IMG/VR virus record: IMGVR_UViG_3300000425_000001
Origin: an uncultured virus (IMG/VR IMGVR_UViG_3300000425_000001)
Taxonomy: Duplodnaviria; Heunggongvirae; Uroviricota; Caudoviricetes
DNA length: 64,000 nt
Direction: 5' to 3' (one strand)
The notes beneath the pieces were generated by a model. That model did no database searches and had not been told where the DNA came from. It saw nothing but the letters and a program-made list of their open reading frames with translations. The position numbers and the translations under genes are program-made. Shown here one piece after another: positions 47,601 to 56,414 of this stretch. Position 1 is the first letter of the stretch. Every line of letters begins with the position of its first letter.

Positions 47601-50600
47601 CTCGTATCAAAATATTGAACAAGTTGAAATACCCTTGGATGAAGCTAAATTTAGAGAATCACCTCAGGCAATTGAAATATTAGACTATATGCCCAACGAT
47701 GTATTTGATTCAGTATACAGAGTCATGACACATGAGTTATTAGATAAACCGATTGATATGTCGGGTGAATTATTTCCTACTAAGGTACTAGAAGAATTTA
47801 CAGAAAGCCGCGGTTATGTACACGAGGATGATGTAGAATATAAAACACAGTCAATTGAAGACCTAAAAATAATTGACAACAATCAACTTAATGCAGGCGA
47901 ATATATCTGGATAACAGACAAAACACCCAATGACTGGACAGTGTTTCAGATTGTAGACAGTGAATTTGTTGTAAGAGAAATGTTAGTAAATACCGAACTA
48001 GACGAGCTTGGCAGAACTACAGCAACACTTACAGTAAGACAAAACTCTCTATACTCTATTGTGGCAGGAGATTTAGTTGCAATTACAGGAGCACAGATTT
48101 ATTCAGTATATGGATATTTCGAAGTACTCCAAATTGACTACGAAACTATAGTTATTGCTATTCCTGACACCAACGACTTCTTGGATTTTACTAATGAAGA
48201 ATATAGTTTAAGTGTGTTAAGAACTGTTAGAGTAGAAAACTTTGAACAATATAATAATATTGCACAAAATAGTATTTTTGAAAATCAAAAAGTATGGATC
48301 GACAGTTATGATAACAATTCTTGGGCAGTATTAGATAACAAACCAGTGTACAGTTCTATTACGCAAGAGTTCAATCCTAATGATTTAGAGGATTCGTCAA
48401 ATCTAGCCGACATTGATCAAGATTTTGCAAAATCAATTTCAGTTACAGTGGACAACAAAGAAGTATACGTATCGTCACCAAACAGTAACGGTGGCGAAGT
48501 ATTCTATTATAGACGAAATCAAGACAGTGATGATCTAGGACTAGCACAAACACTAGGCAACTCTAATGATTTTTATGACGGATCCGAAGCTAACTATGGT
48601 GAAAGTATTTCAGTATCTCATGATGGAAAGTACCTAGCAGTAGGTGTACCTAATGCAAGTTTTGCTAAAACATTTTATAAAGGCGAATTTGACGAAACTA
48701 AGAATTATACCAAGTGGGATATTGTAAAACATAAAGAAACATTATGGGAAGCAAATACAAGTATTATTGCCAAACAAGATGCAACAACATTTAGTACATT
48801 TGACAATTATGCACAGATTAAAGAACGCACCAGTGACGAAACTATAAACTTGTTAAGTACTGGTAATCCTGGACTACCAAACACTGATGTAGATCATTTT
48901 ATTTTGCGAGCTCCGACAGATATGTTCCAGGGTAGTTCAATAGGCGACGTTGTGAGTCTTAGATGGAATGAAAAAACAAAACTTAATAATGATATAATAT
49001 ATGCTCCTTGGGATAACAAAATTGACAATCTCAATCAAACAGTTATACAAGATTTTCATACAATTGTTTCCAAAATTGAAGCAATCGTAACTATACGAAA
49101 TATTTCACAAACACCTGCACTGGGTAGTTCTCTAAGATTGTTTACAAATAACCTAGGGGTTAGTACTGCTGTAGTTGACTATGTAAAAGTTTCTGATAGT
49201 AATGCAGTTATATACCTTAAAAATATAAAAGGTACCTTTAACGATTCTGGAATAGCATATGTCGAAAATCTAAATACCAATGAAATTAATAGCTTGGGTG
49301 AGTATACCAAAGTAGAATATGGATTTGAAGAAGAATTTAACGGCTTTTGGAAAATAAATGTAGAATCTTATAATAACGGCGAAACGTTCTTTGAAGAAGG
49401 TAAAGGATTAGTATATGCTGATCTATTCAAGCAAGAAAATTATAGCGAAGCTACAAAAGATAGAAATTCGTATTATAATATATCTAATACCGAAGTGTCA
49501 GTGGGCAACTTTATTCAAGAAAACCGCAGAGCTAGTACTATTGAACAAATCAGTTCACCTGACAACCTAAGTAATAAATTTTTAGTAAAAGTTGGTCAAT
49601 CTTTTGAGCCAGAGATTGGTAGTAGTTATAACTTTTATATGAATAAAAACAATGACTCCTCTGATGAGTTTGCAGACACTGGGTTTACGTTTGATATTTT
49701 AAATAAAGAACAAACAATTACTGATATATGGGATGGATATATCGACTTTGAAAGTGATGTTAATGTTGCACAAATCGGTGAACAAGAGTTTGAAGTGGGC
49801 GATGTTATTATTGATCATCAGTTTGCACTTGATACTAATTTATTAATAAGTGAAACTCCTCTAGCACCGTTTAATAAAGCTGAAGTAGTGCATGTTAAAA
49901 CTTTTGGCAGTACACAGGAAAATCGTAGAAGAGTATATATTAAGATTATTCAAGGCGACTGGCAGTTAAAACAAAACGTACAATCAGTAAGACTGATTAG
50001 AGAACGTGGAAATGCAGACATTGGTAGAATCCGCACAGTCAATAACCAAGTTGACTACGGAAATAGCGTAATAGTACCAACCGGAGATTTTGTCGGTAAG
50101 TTCTTAGTTTTTGAATCTGAAAACGATTTTGAATTTACTCAAAACTTTTCACTTATTGATAGAGAATATTATTTCTATACAGAACTATTTGGTATTGCAG
50201 GAGCACCTACTCAGGCAGATACTCCTAGTTCCCTAAACAGAAACTGGAAGCAAGTTTATAACATCAGTACACCTCAGGGCGATGCAGTAAAAGCTAGTGC
50301 AACCCTTGATAACGGAGTAGAGAATCAAGGATTAGTAATTATATACTATAAATCTGCACCTAATCAATATATAAGAATACAGCAGATTGTTAGTGAGCAA
50401 ACGTTTGGTATACCCGATGCACAGTTTGGTAAAACAGTAAAAATTATTTCTACAGATACTGGATACAAACTATATGCAGCAAGTAATCACAGCATAGAAT
50501 ATTTTGAAAACAGTCCTTTAGATCAAAATAGATTTAGAGGAAACTGGAATAGAACATTATCATATAGTGTAGGAGATATTGTATTTTATAACGGAAAATA

Positions 50601-53600
50601 TTACCAAATACAACAAAATATAACCCCAGCAGATCAAACAGATGGGTCGATTCTCAATATAAATGTATTTGATCCGATAAACTGGAGAAGGATGATTGAT
50701 CCTAATTATAAAGGCAGTTGGTCAAGTGCACACAGCTACAGAATAGGCGACGTTGTGGTATATAACAACAATTATTATGTAGTACAAACCAACTTTGCAT
50801 CCAATAGCCCGGCGCCGGATACTGCATCTGCTCTATGGATTGCTACTTCTGATATAGTATACCAAAATTATTTAGAGCCAGTTGCAAACACAGGATACGA
50901 AGTTCGTATTGATAATTTTGTATTAAATGAAACTGCAACTGCACTTGCTGTAAAAGTATCTAATGTTGCACCTGACAGTTCGGTAACAACAGAAATTCGT
51001 ATTTACGGCAGTACACTATCGGGTAGATTTGTTAAAACACAAACAATAACACCACCGTCGAACGGAACTGAATTTGGTATGTCTTACGATTTCAATACAG
51101 ATGGTAGTTTCTTGGCAATATCAGAACCACACAACAGCGACAACGGTACAAATGTAGGCAAGGTATATCTATATAATAATATCAATGGTATCTATGACCT
51201 AGCACAAACACTAGAACCTCCTAAAAATTCTGTATCACTAAACTTCGGATACTCAGTATCATTTAGTGACAATGTATTATCTATTGCAAGCTTTGCTGGC
51301 ATTGTTCTTACTACGACTATTTTCGATGCAGATGAAACACTGTTTGATTTAGACCAAACAGAATTCCAAAAGGTTAACTATGATCCAGGTGTAATTTATG
51401 TTTACGAGCAGGTAAAGGATAAATTTATATTTGCTGAAAGCATACCATATGATAATGTTACCAAAGAGCTTCGTGAACAAGTCTTCATTAATGCAAATCA
51501 TATATATGTAGGTGTTCCTGCAAAAGAAAATAATGTATATGTAGGTGGCTTATATGACTATAGGAAAAAAGTTGGGGCCAGAGGATGGAATGTCAGCAGA
51601 GAACTAATACATCCAGTTGATCTTGACAAAATACAAGGTGCATTCTTGTACAACAAGCGAACAAATTCAATTATCACTTATCTAGATTATATTGATCCGA
51701 TACAAGGAAAAATTGCAGGACCAGCAGACAAAAATATCAACTTTAAAGTACCGTTCGATCCGGCATATTATAATGTCGGCGATGCTGCTGATACATTTTA
51801 CTGGGAAGAAAATCATGTAGGCATGGTATGGTGGAATACTGGCACATCTACATTTACCTATCCTTACCAAGGAGATATTAACTATCAACGAGATAACTGG
51901 AATGAACTACAACCAGGTGCTAGTGTTGACGTATGCGAATGGGTAGAAACTGATCTACTGCCGAGCGAATGGGACACAGTGTCCGAAACACCTGACGGTA
52001 TTGCACAGGGCGTTACTGGATCTACACTATATGGTGATTCGCAGTATAGTAGAAAGTTTGTATTTGATGAACCCAGTCAAACATTTTCACAAAAATATTA
52101 CTACTGGGTTAAAAATGCAAAAATTATTCCGGCAGTGGCACATAGAACATTAACAACACTAGACATTGCTAGATTAATTGCATCACCAAGACAGCAGGGG
52201 TATAGATATCTAAGCATGTTATCAGGTAATAGAATTGTCCTAAATAACTGTAATGGACTTGTATACGATACTGATATTGTGCTAGCAATACGTTATAGTA
52301 ATACTAATATTGATAAACAAAACAGTCATAGTGCATACAAATTAATTACTGACGGATTAAGCACAAGTGGCCCGTCACCTGACATAGAATTAAAATGGTT
52401 TGATAGCTTGATAGGTTTTGACGTAAACAATAGACCAGTGCCTGATATAAATCTAACACAAAAACAAAAATACGGTGTGCAGTCGACACCGAGACAAGGC
52501 ATGTTTAAAAATAGACAAGAAGCCTTAAAAGAGTTTATCGAACGAGTAAATGTAGTTTTACAAAAAGAGTTAGTTTTAGAAAAATATAATATTAGTGCAA
52601 TAGATAAAAAAGATCCGTTGCCTACATTTGAATCGGGAATATATGATGTAAAAATTGATACAGCTGATCAACTATCACTTGTTGGTACAAAGGTTAAACA
52701 AGCTAAACTAGATCCTATTATAATAAACGGAAAAATTACAAAAATTAAAATTGTAGATCCGGGCAGAGGATATAAGATTGCACCAACGTATAAAATAAAT
52801 GGCATCGGAGAAGATGCAAGACTAGATATTATAATTAATAATCTAGGTCAAATTACAAAAGTAAATGTAGTGTACGGCGGCAAAAACTATTCTGATAATA
52901 CTAAGATTATTGTAAGACAACACAGTGTGCTTGTTGAAGCTGACAGTGAAGTAGATAATAAATGGAGCATCTATGCATACGACGATGAGCAGTTAGGCTG
53001 GAATAGAATCAAAGTACAAAGCTATGATATAACAAAGTACTGGTCATATGTTGATTGGTATGCAACTGGATATAGCGTGCTTACTAATCCTGATTATACT
53101 GTTAACGGTACTTATGAATTACCATTCATTAATGACAGATTGGGCGATATTATCAAGGTTAATAATGTTGGTTCCGGAGGATGGACTCTACTCGAAAAGG
53201 TTAACACAAACACAGAAAATAATTATGAAACTGTTGGTAGAGAATTAGGCACAATACAATTTAATAATAATCTATACCGCGACGATACCAGTAATTCAGG
53301 CTTCGATAATAAAAGCTTCGACTCCTTCTTGTTTGACATTGATCCTAGATTTGAGTTAAGAGTAATACTAGAAACTATTCGTGATTCTTTACTAATTAAA
53401 GATCTTAGAGTAGAATACAATCAGTTGTTTATTGCAACATTGAGATATATTCTTACTGAACAAAATCCGGACTGGTTCTTTAAAACCAGTTTCATCAAAG
53501 TCAAACATCTAGCAGGCACGCTAGAGCAAGATCTAACATATAATGTTGACAACTTAACAAACTATAAAAAATATATCGAAGAGGTTAAGCCTTACAAAAC

Positions 53601-55776
53601 AAACATCAGAGAGTTTGTAAGTAATTTCCAAAAAGTTGAAATGTCTAGTACTAGTGTAACTGATTTTGATTTACCGGTCTATTATAACAATATCACTAAC
53701 AAGATCTCAGCAATTGATACTAAATTAGAAAATGGATTATTACCTGCTGACAATGATCTGCTTGCACAATATCCAAGAAAGCATTGGGCAGATAATATTG
53801 GAGCAAGCATTGTTGATATTTCTATACTCAATCCTGGCACAGAGTATACTACTGCGCCAAAAGTTGAAATTATCGGTAATGGTACTGGTGCAACAGCACA
53901 AGCCTTTGTTGGGTATGGTACAATAACTAAGATTGTAATTACAAATAAAGGCAAGGGTTATACTGATATTCCAACAGTAAAAATTACTCCGCCACCTAAC
54001 AGTGCCGGAATACCTGCAACTGCTATTGCAACACTGGGCGACATGCTAACAAGATCAACTAATACTACAATCAAGTTTGATAGAAATAGTGTTACACCAT
54101 TATTGAGCATCGAAGCTATGCAAACAGTTGAAACGTTTACAGGCTCCGGAAGTAAAAATACATTTGATTTAATTTTTCCAATTAATTTAGATCAAAATAC
54201 AATTAGCATTTCGGTTAACAATCAGGAAGTATTAGCCAGTCAGTATAAAGTCCATAATATAAAAGATACGTCTAAAAGTTATACTCGCTATACCGGACAG
54301 ATTGTATTTGATGTAGCTCCGGCAAATGAAGCATCAATATCTGTTAATTATCATAAAAATATTAGTATGTTAAATGCAGTTGATAGAATAAAAGTTGCAT
54401 ATTCACCAACTGCAAATGCGTTCGGTAATGATATTGCACAACTTATGGATGGAGTTGATTATGGTGGCGTAGAAGTTAAAAGCTTTGAATTTGACACAAA
54501 CTTTGGTTGGGATACCAAGGGTTGGTTTGTTGATATCTGGGATGAGATTGAAAATACACAAGAAGATGAAATAATATTTATGGACGATTCGAGTGCTATT
54601 ATTCTTAATAAACCTCTAGAAGACAACGTTGCATACAATGTTTACAGAGTAGGATATGACGAAATTGGAAATATTGCAACAAATACAAGACTTGACGATC
54701 CTAATTACGGAACACCTCAGCAAACTAACCTTGATGCAACATGTCTTACTCTAATTGGCGACGGCAGTACACAAGTTTTATACCTAGATGATTTGCAATC
54801 CACGATTACTAAATCAGCAAATGAGGATAGAGTTGCATTTATTATCAGAAAAACCACCAGTGACGGTAGTATACTTTATGATGCAAGAACTTATGATTTA
54901 GACCTCGACGGCGGCAACTTAAATTACTCAAATGCCAAAGGCATCACTGCTGAAGAAATTATAGTCGACGGTGACAGCTTTGTAACTCCAACTACAAGTA
55001 AAAGTGTTGAAGAACTTGTTCCAGGACAAGTGCAAGATACACTAGATATTCAAGTTAGTACACTGGGCGACGACTCGACAATAGTACGCTATAGAATATT
55101 CAAGGATATCCTCAACAGAACAACTTACAGCAGAATTGATACACCTCCTACTAAACTTGCAAAACCGATTACTCAGTTAAATCTTAGCATCGAAGTAGAA
55201 GACGGAACTAATCTAATTGAACCTGATAGAAACAAGAATATTCCAGGTGTGCTGTTTATCAATAAAGAGCGTATTGAATACCTTGTTAAAGAAGGCAATG
55301 TACTAAAACAACTTCGCCGAGGTACACTGGGCACAGGTGTTGCAACAATACATCCCAAAGGCGAACAAGTATATCTAGCAGATATTAGTAAATATGTACC
55401 GTATATAGATACTACACAAAGTCAGACTGCTACAAATACCAGCACAGTGAATCTAAACTTTTTACCGCTGTCTACAGACGAATTTGAAGTATTTGTTAAT
55501 GGTATTAGACTAAACGGAAAGCCATTTGCAAAGTTTGATGCCAGTATAGGTCTTGATTCTCCAGAAGCAGATTCGGTAGTACCTGCTGATTATATAATAG
55601 AATATTACAATGATCAACAAAATGCAAGAATAGTAATACAAAGCCCATCGATATTAAATATCGAACAAAAGAATATAGTTATTGTAAGGAAAAAAGGCAA
55701 TATATGGCAACGTCTAGGCGAGTCAATAACCGAAACTGAAACAAGTATCGGATTTTTCCTTAGAGCAGGAAACTAA
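41698..55776 (+). CDS. Giant baseplate wedge/structural protein, 4692 aa (gp7 position)
   Basis: Uninterrupted ORF after gp6; YIEEVKPYKTNIREF, FG-GAP-like and CBM-like repeats. Confidence 0.8.
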   Translation: MANTQSEFGLPTPGDDKRQSARFLPRFFRSEANLKFLQATIDQLIQPGVAEKLSGYVGRKTAKGFRATDTYIPETSLQRQSYQLEPSLVIKDNVDNVKFFKDYNDFTNQLKFFNVDVSDHSVINEQESYPWNPNIDWDKFVNFREYYWLPNGPLSVPVQGQSEEVTSTYTITAEDQGDNFAYVFSNRLARNPSVKLFRGQKYRFEIDCPDHPIAIVVTRSFTPGNAVIVATQEGIRSDGLFGAELFGVNFDAGEFIVLPEAGGVTFEDDDNVSTLYPDGIRKLGEAGEEIANVYMTKGAIEFTVPYNAPSKLYYINSDDIDMSGEFRIYDIEENTYLNVRDEIIGAKTYSSANGVKFTNGLKVFFRGQTTPEYYAQGNYYVEGVGTSIQLVAEDDLILPQAYTSTEVIEYDTDKFDRLPYSTATGYPDLKDYITVNRASVDGNAWARSNRWFHRSVVEQTALFNNITSDVDQSTRASRPIIEFEPGLHLYQYGTEFKQDIDLIDTFTTDVFSTIEGSIGYNVDGVDLVEGMRVLFTADTDIRVSGKIYEVKFVRIVNDNVVSLIETDDTLPLENENVLVKQGTKNKGKVYFFKDGWKEAQEKTKTNQSPMFALYSNAGDAFGDMEIYNSSTFRGTKLFSYKQGNGTADSELGFSLSYRNIDNTGDILFDFNLESDSFTYQENEITNTIFTKTGFLKKYTTRENFTYANGWSSIPYITSQWVIREYQSSIENQNGFEIDVYDDASTILDLKIKVFVNNILQNNDLYTLIKVNDKLIVEFSSAIPVDDLIIIKTQSSTPKNENGYYEFPINLEKNPLNADISTFTLGEVSDHVKTIVDDVGDFDGVYPGYSNLKDLGDLDRYGKRFIKHSGPLNLPMYLTLDKKYNIVKSIEYSMREYSKFKRSFIQAASTLGFDGDTKQHVDLILKELNKDKTKTQPFYFSDMIGYKGHVRNEYVVFDDANPFYPLSSNFNLKNLNTSSVLIYLNGKQLMHNKDYIFTDESFIQLLVTQHIDDIIEVYEYNNTDGSFVPPTPTKLGLYPKYEPQIVHDDMWLSSQGTANESDPYQIYGQDPTSDTVGWFYPLYLNRAAAKLADENGETIQVEINGSSKLYYSPKSAYTRSNEPSASLTVYPVGEAIIIGHDGSRILAYKDYRDNLILELEKRIFNNIKSNYETNIFNKDDFVSSKFRQRISRSKIDKILLKDFISWNTNIGVDYTSNIFYNTKDQFTYNYSKSTSKVDGAFLPGYWRGVFVELYDTDRPNTHPWEMLGLTIKPNWWEDTYGKAPYTSNNSILWKDLEEGRIKDPSLSIQVDQRYARPGLSTFIPVDSQGNLLSPISCGYAKNTVLRDTDTVFKFGDSSPVESAWRNSSEYPFSLIKAMLLNQPAKFLALGFDVSRTTKNLTNQIVYSNTGRPVELDKLIFPNTYKDTQKVLTSGVVNFIHALIGSNVLKTYDEFQTDIKSIENKIAFRLAGYTDKTKLNIVLDSKNPAAQNTASIFVPDENISVYTNTSSPIDSVVYSGVRIEKTSNGYIVSGYNDDEPTFKYYAPVSTNRDATIVIGGTLESSVNWSPTQFYVKGQIITNDNDIYRATNDFTSGNSFSAENVIKIPEIPVIGGTRGTIKKEFNYNSVLEINYGTVLKTLQDVVDLLIGYGKYLEVNGFEFNYFDQETETITNWVNSAKEFLAWTAQDWANGTSIALSPAAFQVEFKRDFSVVDDIYDNFYRYSLLDENAQPLNRKFSSILRDNNSFSLTVKNSDNGIYNLKLPLVQKEHVIIIDNETVFNDLIYQPSTGYRQERLKIIGYRSDGWNGSLNIPGFVYDDTDLTIWEPWQDYPIGSLVKNKEFYYVAKYNAPGTQDFDYSYWSQLNSEPESKLITNFDYRINQFADFYDVDSDGFDEQQNKLAQHLIGYQKRDYLANIINDDVSQYKFYQGMLQDKGTMKAIDNFFNSLRGEANSVEVYEEWAVQVGKYGSYQNIEQVEIPLDEAKFRESPQAIEILDYMPNDVFDSVYRVMTHELLDKPIDMSGELFPTKVLEEFTESRGYVHEDDVEYKTQSIEDLKIIDNNQLNAGEYIWITDKTPNDWTVFQIVDSEFVVREMLVNTELDELGRTTATLTVRQNSLYSIVAGDLVAITGAQIYSVYGYFEVLQIDYETIVIAIPDTNDFLDFTNEEYSLSVLRTVRVENFEQYNNIAQNSIFENQKVWIDSYDNNSWAVLDNKPVYSSITQEFNPNDLEDSSNLADIDQDFAKSISVTVDNKEVYVSSPNSNGGEVFYYRRNQDSDDLGLAQTLGNSNDFYDGSEANYGESISVSHDGKYLAVGVPNASFAKTFYKGEFDETKNYTKWDIVKHKETLWEANTSIIAKQDATTFSTFDNYAQIKERTSDETINLLSTGNPGLPNTDVDHFILRAPTDMFQGSSIGDVVSLRWNEKTKLNNDIIYAPWDNKIDNLNQTVIQDFHTIVSKIEAIVTIRNISQTPALGSSLRLFTNNLGVSTAVVDYVKVSDSNAVIYLKNIKGTFNDSGIAYVENLNTNEINSLGEYTKVEYGFEEEFNGFWKINVESYNNGETFFEEGKGLVYADLFKQENYSEATKDRNSYYNISNTEVSVGNFIQENRRASTIEQISSPDNLSNKFLVKVGQSFEPEIGSSYNFYMNKNNDSSDEFADTGFTFDILNKEQTITDIWDGYIDFESDVNVAQIGEQEFEVGDVIIDHQFALDTNLLISETPLAPFNKAEVVHVKTFGSTQENRRRVYIKIIQGDWQLKQNVQSVRLIRERGNADIGRIRTVNNQVDYGNSVIVPTGDFVGKFLVFESENDFEFTQNFSLIDREYYFYTELFGIAGAPTQADTPSSLNRNWKQVYNISTPQGDAVKASATLDNGVENQGLVIIYYKSAPNQYIRIQQIVSEQTFGIPDAQFGKTVKIISTDTGYKLYAASNHSIEYFENSPLDQNRFRGNWNRTLSYSVGDIVFYNGKYYQIQQNITPADQTDGSILNINVFDPINWRRMIDPNYKGSWSSAHSYRIGDVVVYNNNYYVVQTNFASNSPAPDTASALWIATSDIVYQNYLEPVANTGYEVRIDNFVLNETATALAVKVSNVAPDSSVTTEIRIYGSTLSGRFVKTQTITPPSNGTEFGMSYDFNTDGSFLAISEPHNSDNGTNVGKVYLYNNINGIYDLAQTLEPPKNSVSLNFGYSVSFSDNVLSIASFAGIVLTTTIFDADETLFDLDQTEFQKVNYDPGVIYVYEQVKDKFIFAESIPYDNVTKELREQVFINANHIYVGVPAKENNVYVGGLYDYRKKVGARGWNVSRELIHPVDLDKIQGAFLYNKRTNSIITYLDYIDPIQGKIAGPADKNINFKVPFDPAYYNVGDAADTFYWEENHVGMVWWNTGTSTFTYPYQGDINYQRDNWNELQPGASVDVCEWVETDLLPSEWDTVSETPDGIAQGVTGSTLYGDSQYSRKFVFDEPSQTFSQKYYYWVKNAKIIPAVAHRTLTTLDIARLIASPRQQGYRYLSMLSGNRIVLNNCNGLVYDTDIVLAIRYSNTNIDKQNSHSAYKLITDGLSTSGPSPDIELKWFDSLIGFDVNNRPVPDINLTQKQKYGVQSTPRQGMFKNRQEALKEFIERVNVVLQKELVLEKYNISAIDKKDPLPTFESGIYDVKIDTADQLSLVGTKVKQAKLDPIIINGKITKIKIVDPGRGYKIAPTYKINGIGEDARLDIIINNLGQITKVNVVYGGKNYSDNTKIIVRQHSVLVEADSEVDNKWSIYAYDDEQLGWNRIKVQSYDITKYWSYVDWYATGYSVLTNPDYTVNGTYELPFINDRLGDIIKVNNVGSGGWTLLEKVNTNTENNYETVGRELGTIQFNNNLYRDDTSNSGFDNKSFDSFLFDIDPRFELRVILETIRDSLLIKDLRVEYNQLFIATLRYILTEQNPDWFFKTSFIKVKHLAGTLEQDLTYNVDNLTNYKKYIEEVKPYKTNIREFVSNFQKVEMSSTSVTDFDLPVYYNNITNKISAIDTKLENGLLPADNDLLAQYPRKHWADNIGASIVDISILNPGTEYTTAPKVEIIGNGTGATAQAFVGYGTITKIVITNKGKGYTDIPTVKITPPPNSAGIPATAIATLGDMLTRSTNTTIKFDRNSVTPLLSIEAMQTVETFTGSGSKNTFDLIFPINLDQNTISISVNNQEVLASQYKVHNIKDTSKSYTRYTGQIVFDVAPANEASISVNYHKNISMLNAVDRIKVAYSPTANAFGNDIAQLMDGVDYGGVEVKSFEFDTNFGWDTKGWFVDIWDEIENTQEDEIIFMDDSSAIILNKPLEDNVAYNVYRVGYDEIGNIATNTRLDDPNYGTPQQTNLDATCLTLIGDGSTQVLYLDDLQSTITKSANEDRVAFIIRKTTSDGSILYDARTYDLDLDGGNLNYSNAKGITAEEIIVDGDSFVTPTTSKSVEELVPGQVQDTLDIQVSTLGDDSTIVRYRIFKDILNRTTYSRIDTPPTKLAKPITQLNLSIEVEDGTNLIEPDRNKNIPGVLFINKERIEYLVKEGNVLKQLRRGTLGTGVATIHPKGEQVYLADISKYVPYIDTTQSQTATNTSTVNLNFLPLSTDEFEVFVNGIRLNGKPFAKFDASIGLDSPEADSVVPADYIIEYYNDQQNARIVIQSPSILNIEQKNIVIVRKKGNIWQRLGESITETETSIGFFLRAGN

Positions 55777-55799
55777 TAAATACAGTATAGGAAAAAATA

Positions 55800-56414
55800 A
55801 TGGATAGTATAAACGAATTAAACGGAGTATCAGTTCAAGGGCATATTAAAATATATGACCCTTCGAACGGCGAGATCTTTGTACAAAAAAGAAATGCTAT
55901 ACACTACGAAAACATGAGTTTAGCACTGGCAGAAAGTATTGCAAATATGAGTCAGGGTTTTATATATGAAATGAGTTTCGGTAATGGTGGTACAAGTGTT
56001 GATCCAACAGGTATTATTGCTTATCTAACACCAAACTCAACAGGCGCAAATGCAAGTTTGTATAATCAAACTTATTCTAAAGTAGTTGTTGATGACGGAT
56101 TACTAAACAAAGATCCTAACAACAACTATCTTGAAACTAGACATGTTAGCGGTACAAATTATACTGATGTATTAGTAAGTTGTTTGTTAGACTACAGCGA
56201 ACCAACAGGACAAGATGCATTTGATAATGCAACTGACATGGAAGGTAATTTTGTATTTGACGAATTGGGATTGAGAAGTAAATCAAGTGAAAACGATGTA
56301 TTGGGTAGATTAATTACACATGTAATCTTTCACCCAATACAAAAATCACTTAATAGACTAATACAAATTGATTATACTGTGAGAATCCAAAGTCTTTCAG
56401 GAGGTAATGCATAA
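55800..56414 (+). CDS. Baseplate-associated protein, 204 aa
   Basis: GHIKIYD..KRNAIH and FDELGL..THVIFHPIQKSLNR motifs; TAAATA at 55777. Confidence 0.7.
   Translation: MDSINELNGVSVQGHIKIYDPSNGEIFVQKRNAIHYENMSLALAESIANMSQGFIYEMSFGNGGTSVDPTGIIAYLTPNSTGANASLYNQTYSKVVVDDGLLNKDPNNNYLETRHVSGTNYTDVLVSCLLDYSEPTGQDAFDNATDMEGNFVFDELGLRSKSSENDVLGRLITHVIFHPIQKSLNRLIQIDYTVRIQSLSGGNA

Noticed and set aside
3195..55776. Recurrent D-S-(S/T) motifs as glycosylation sequons in virion proteins
   Set aside because: Too few occurrences to distinguish from background in D/S/T-rich proteins without statistics
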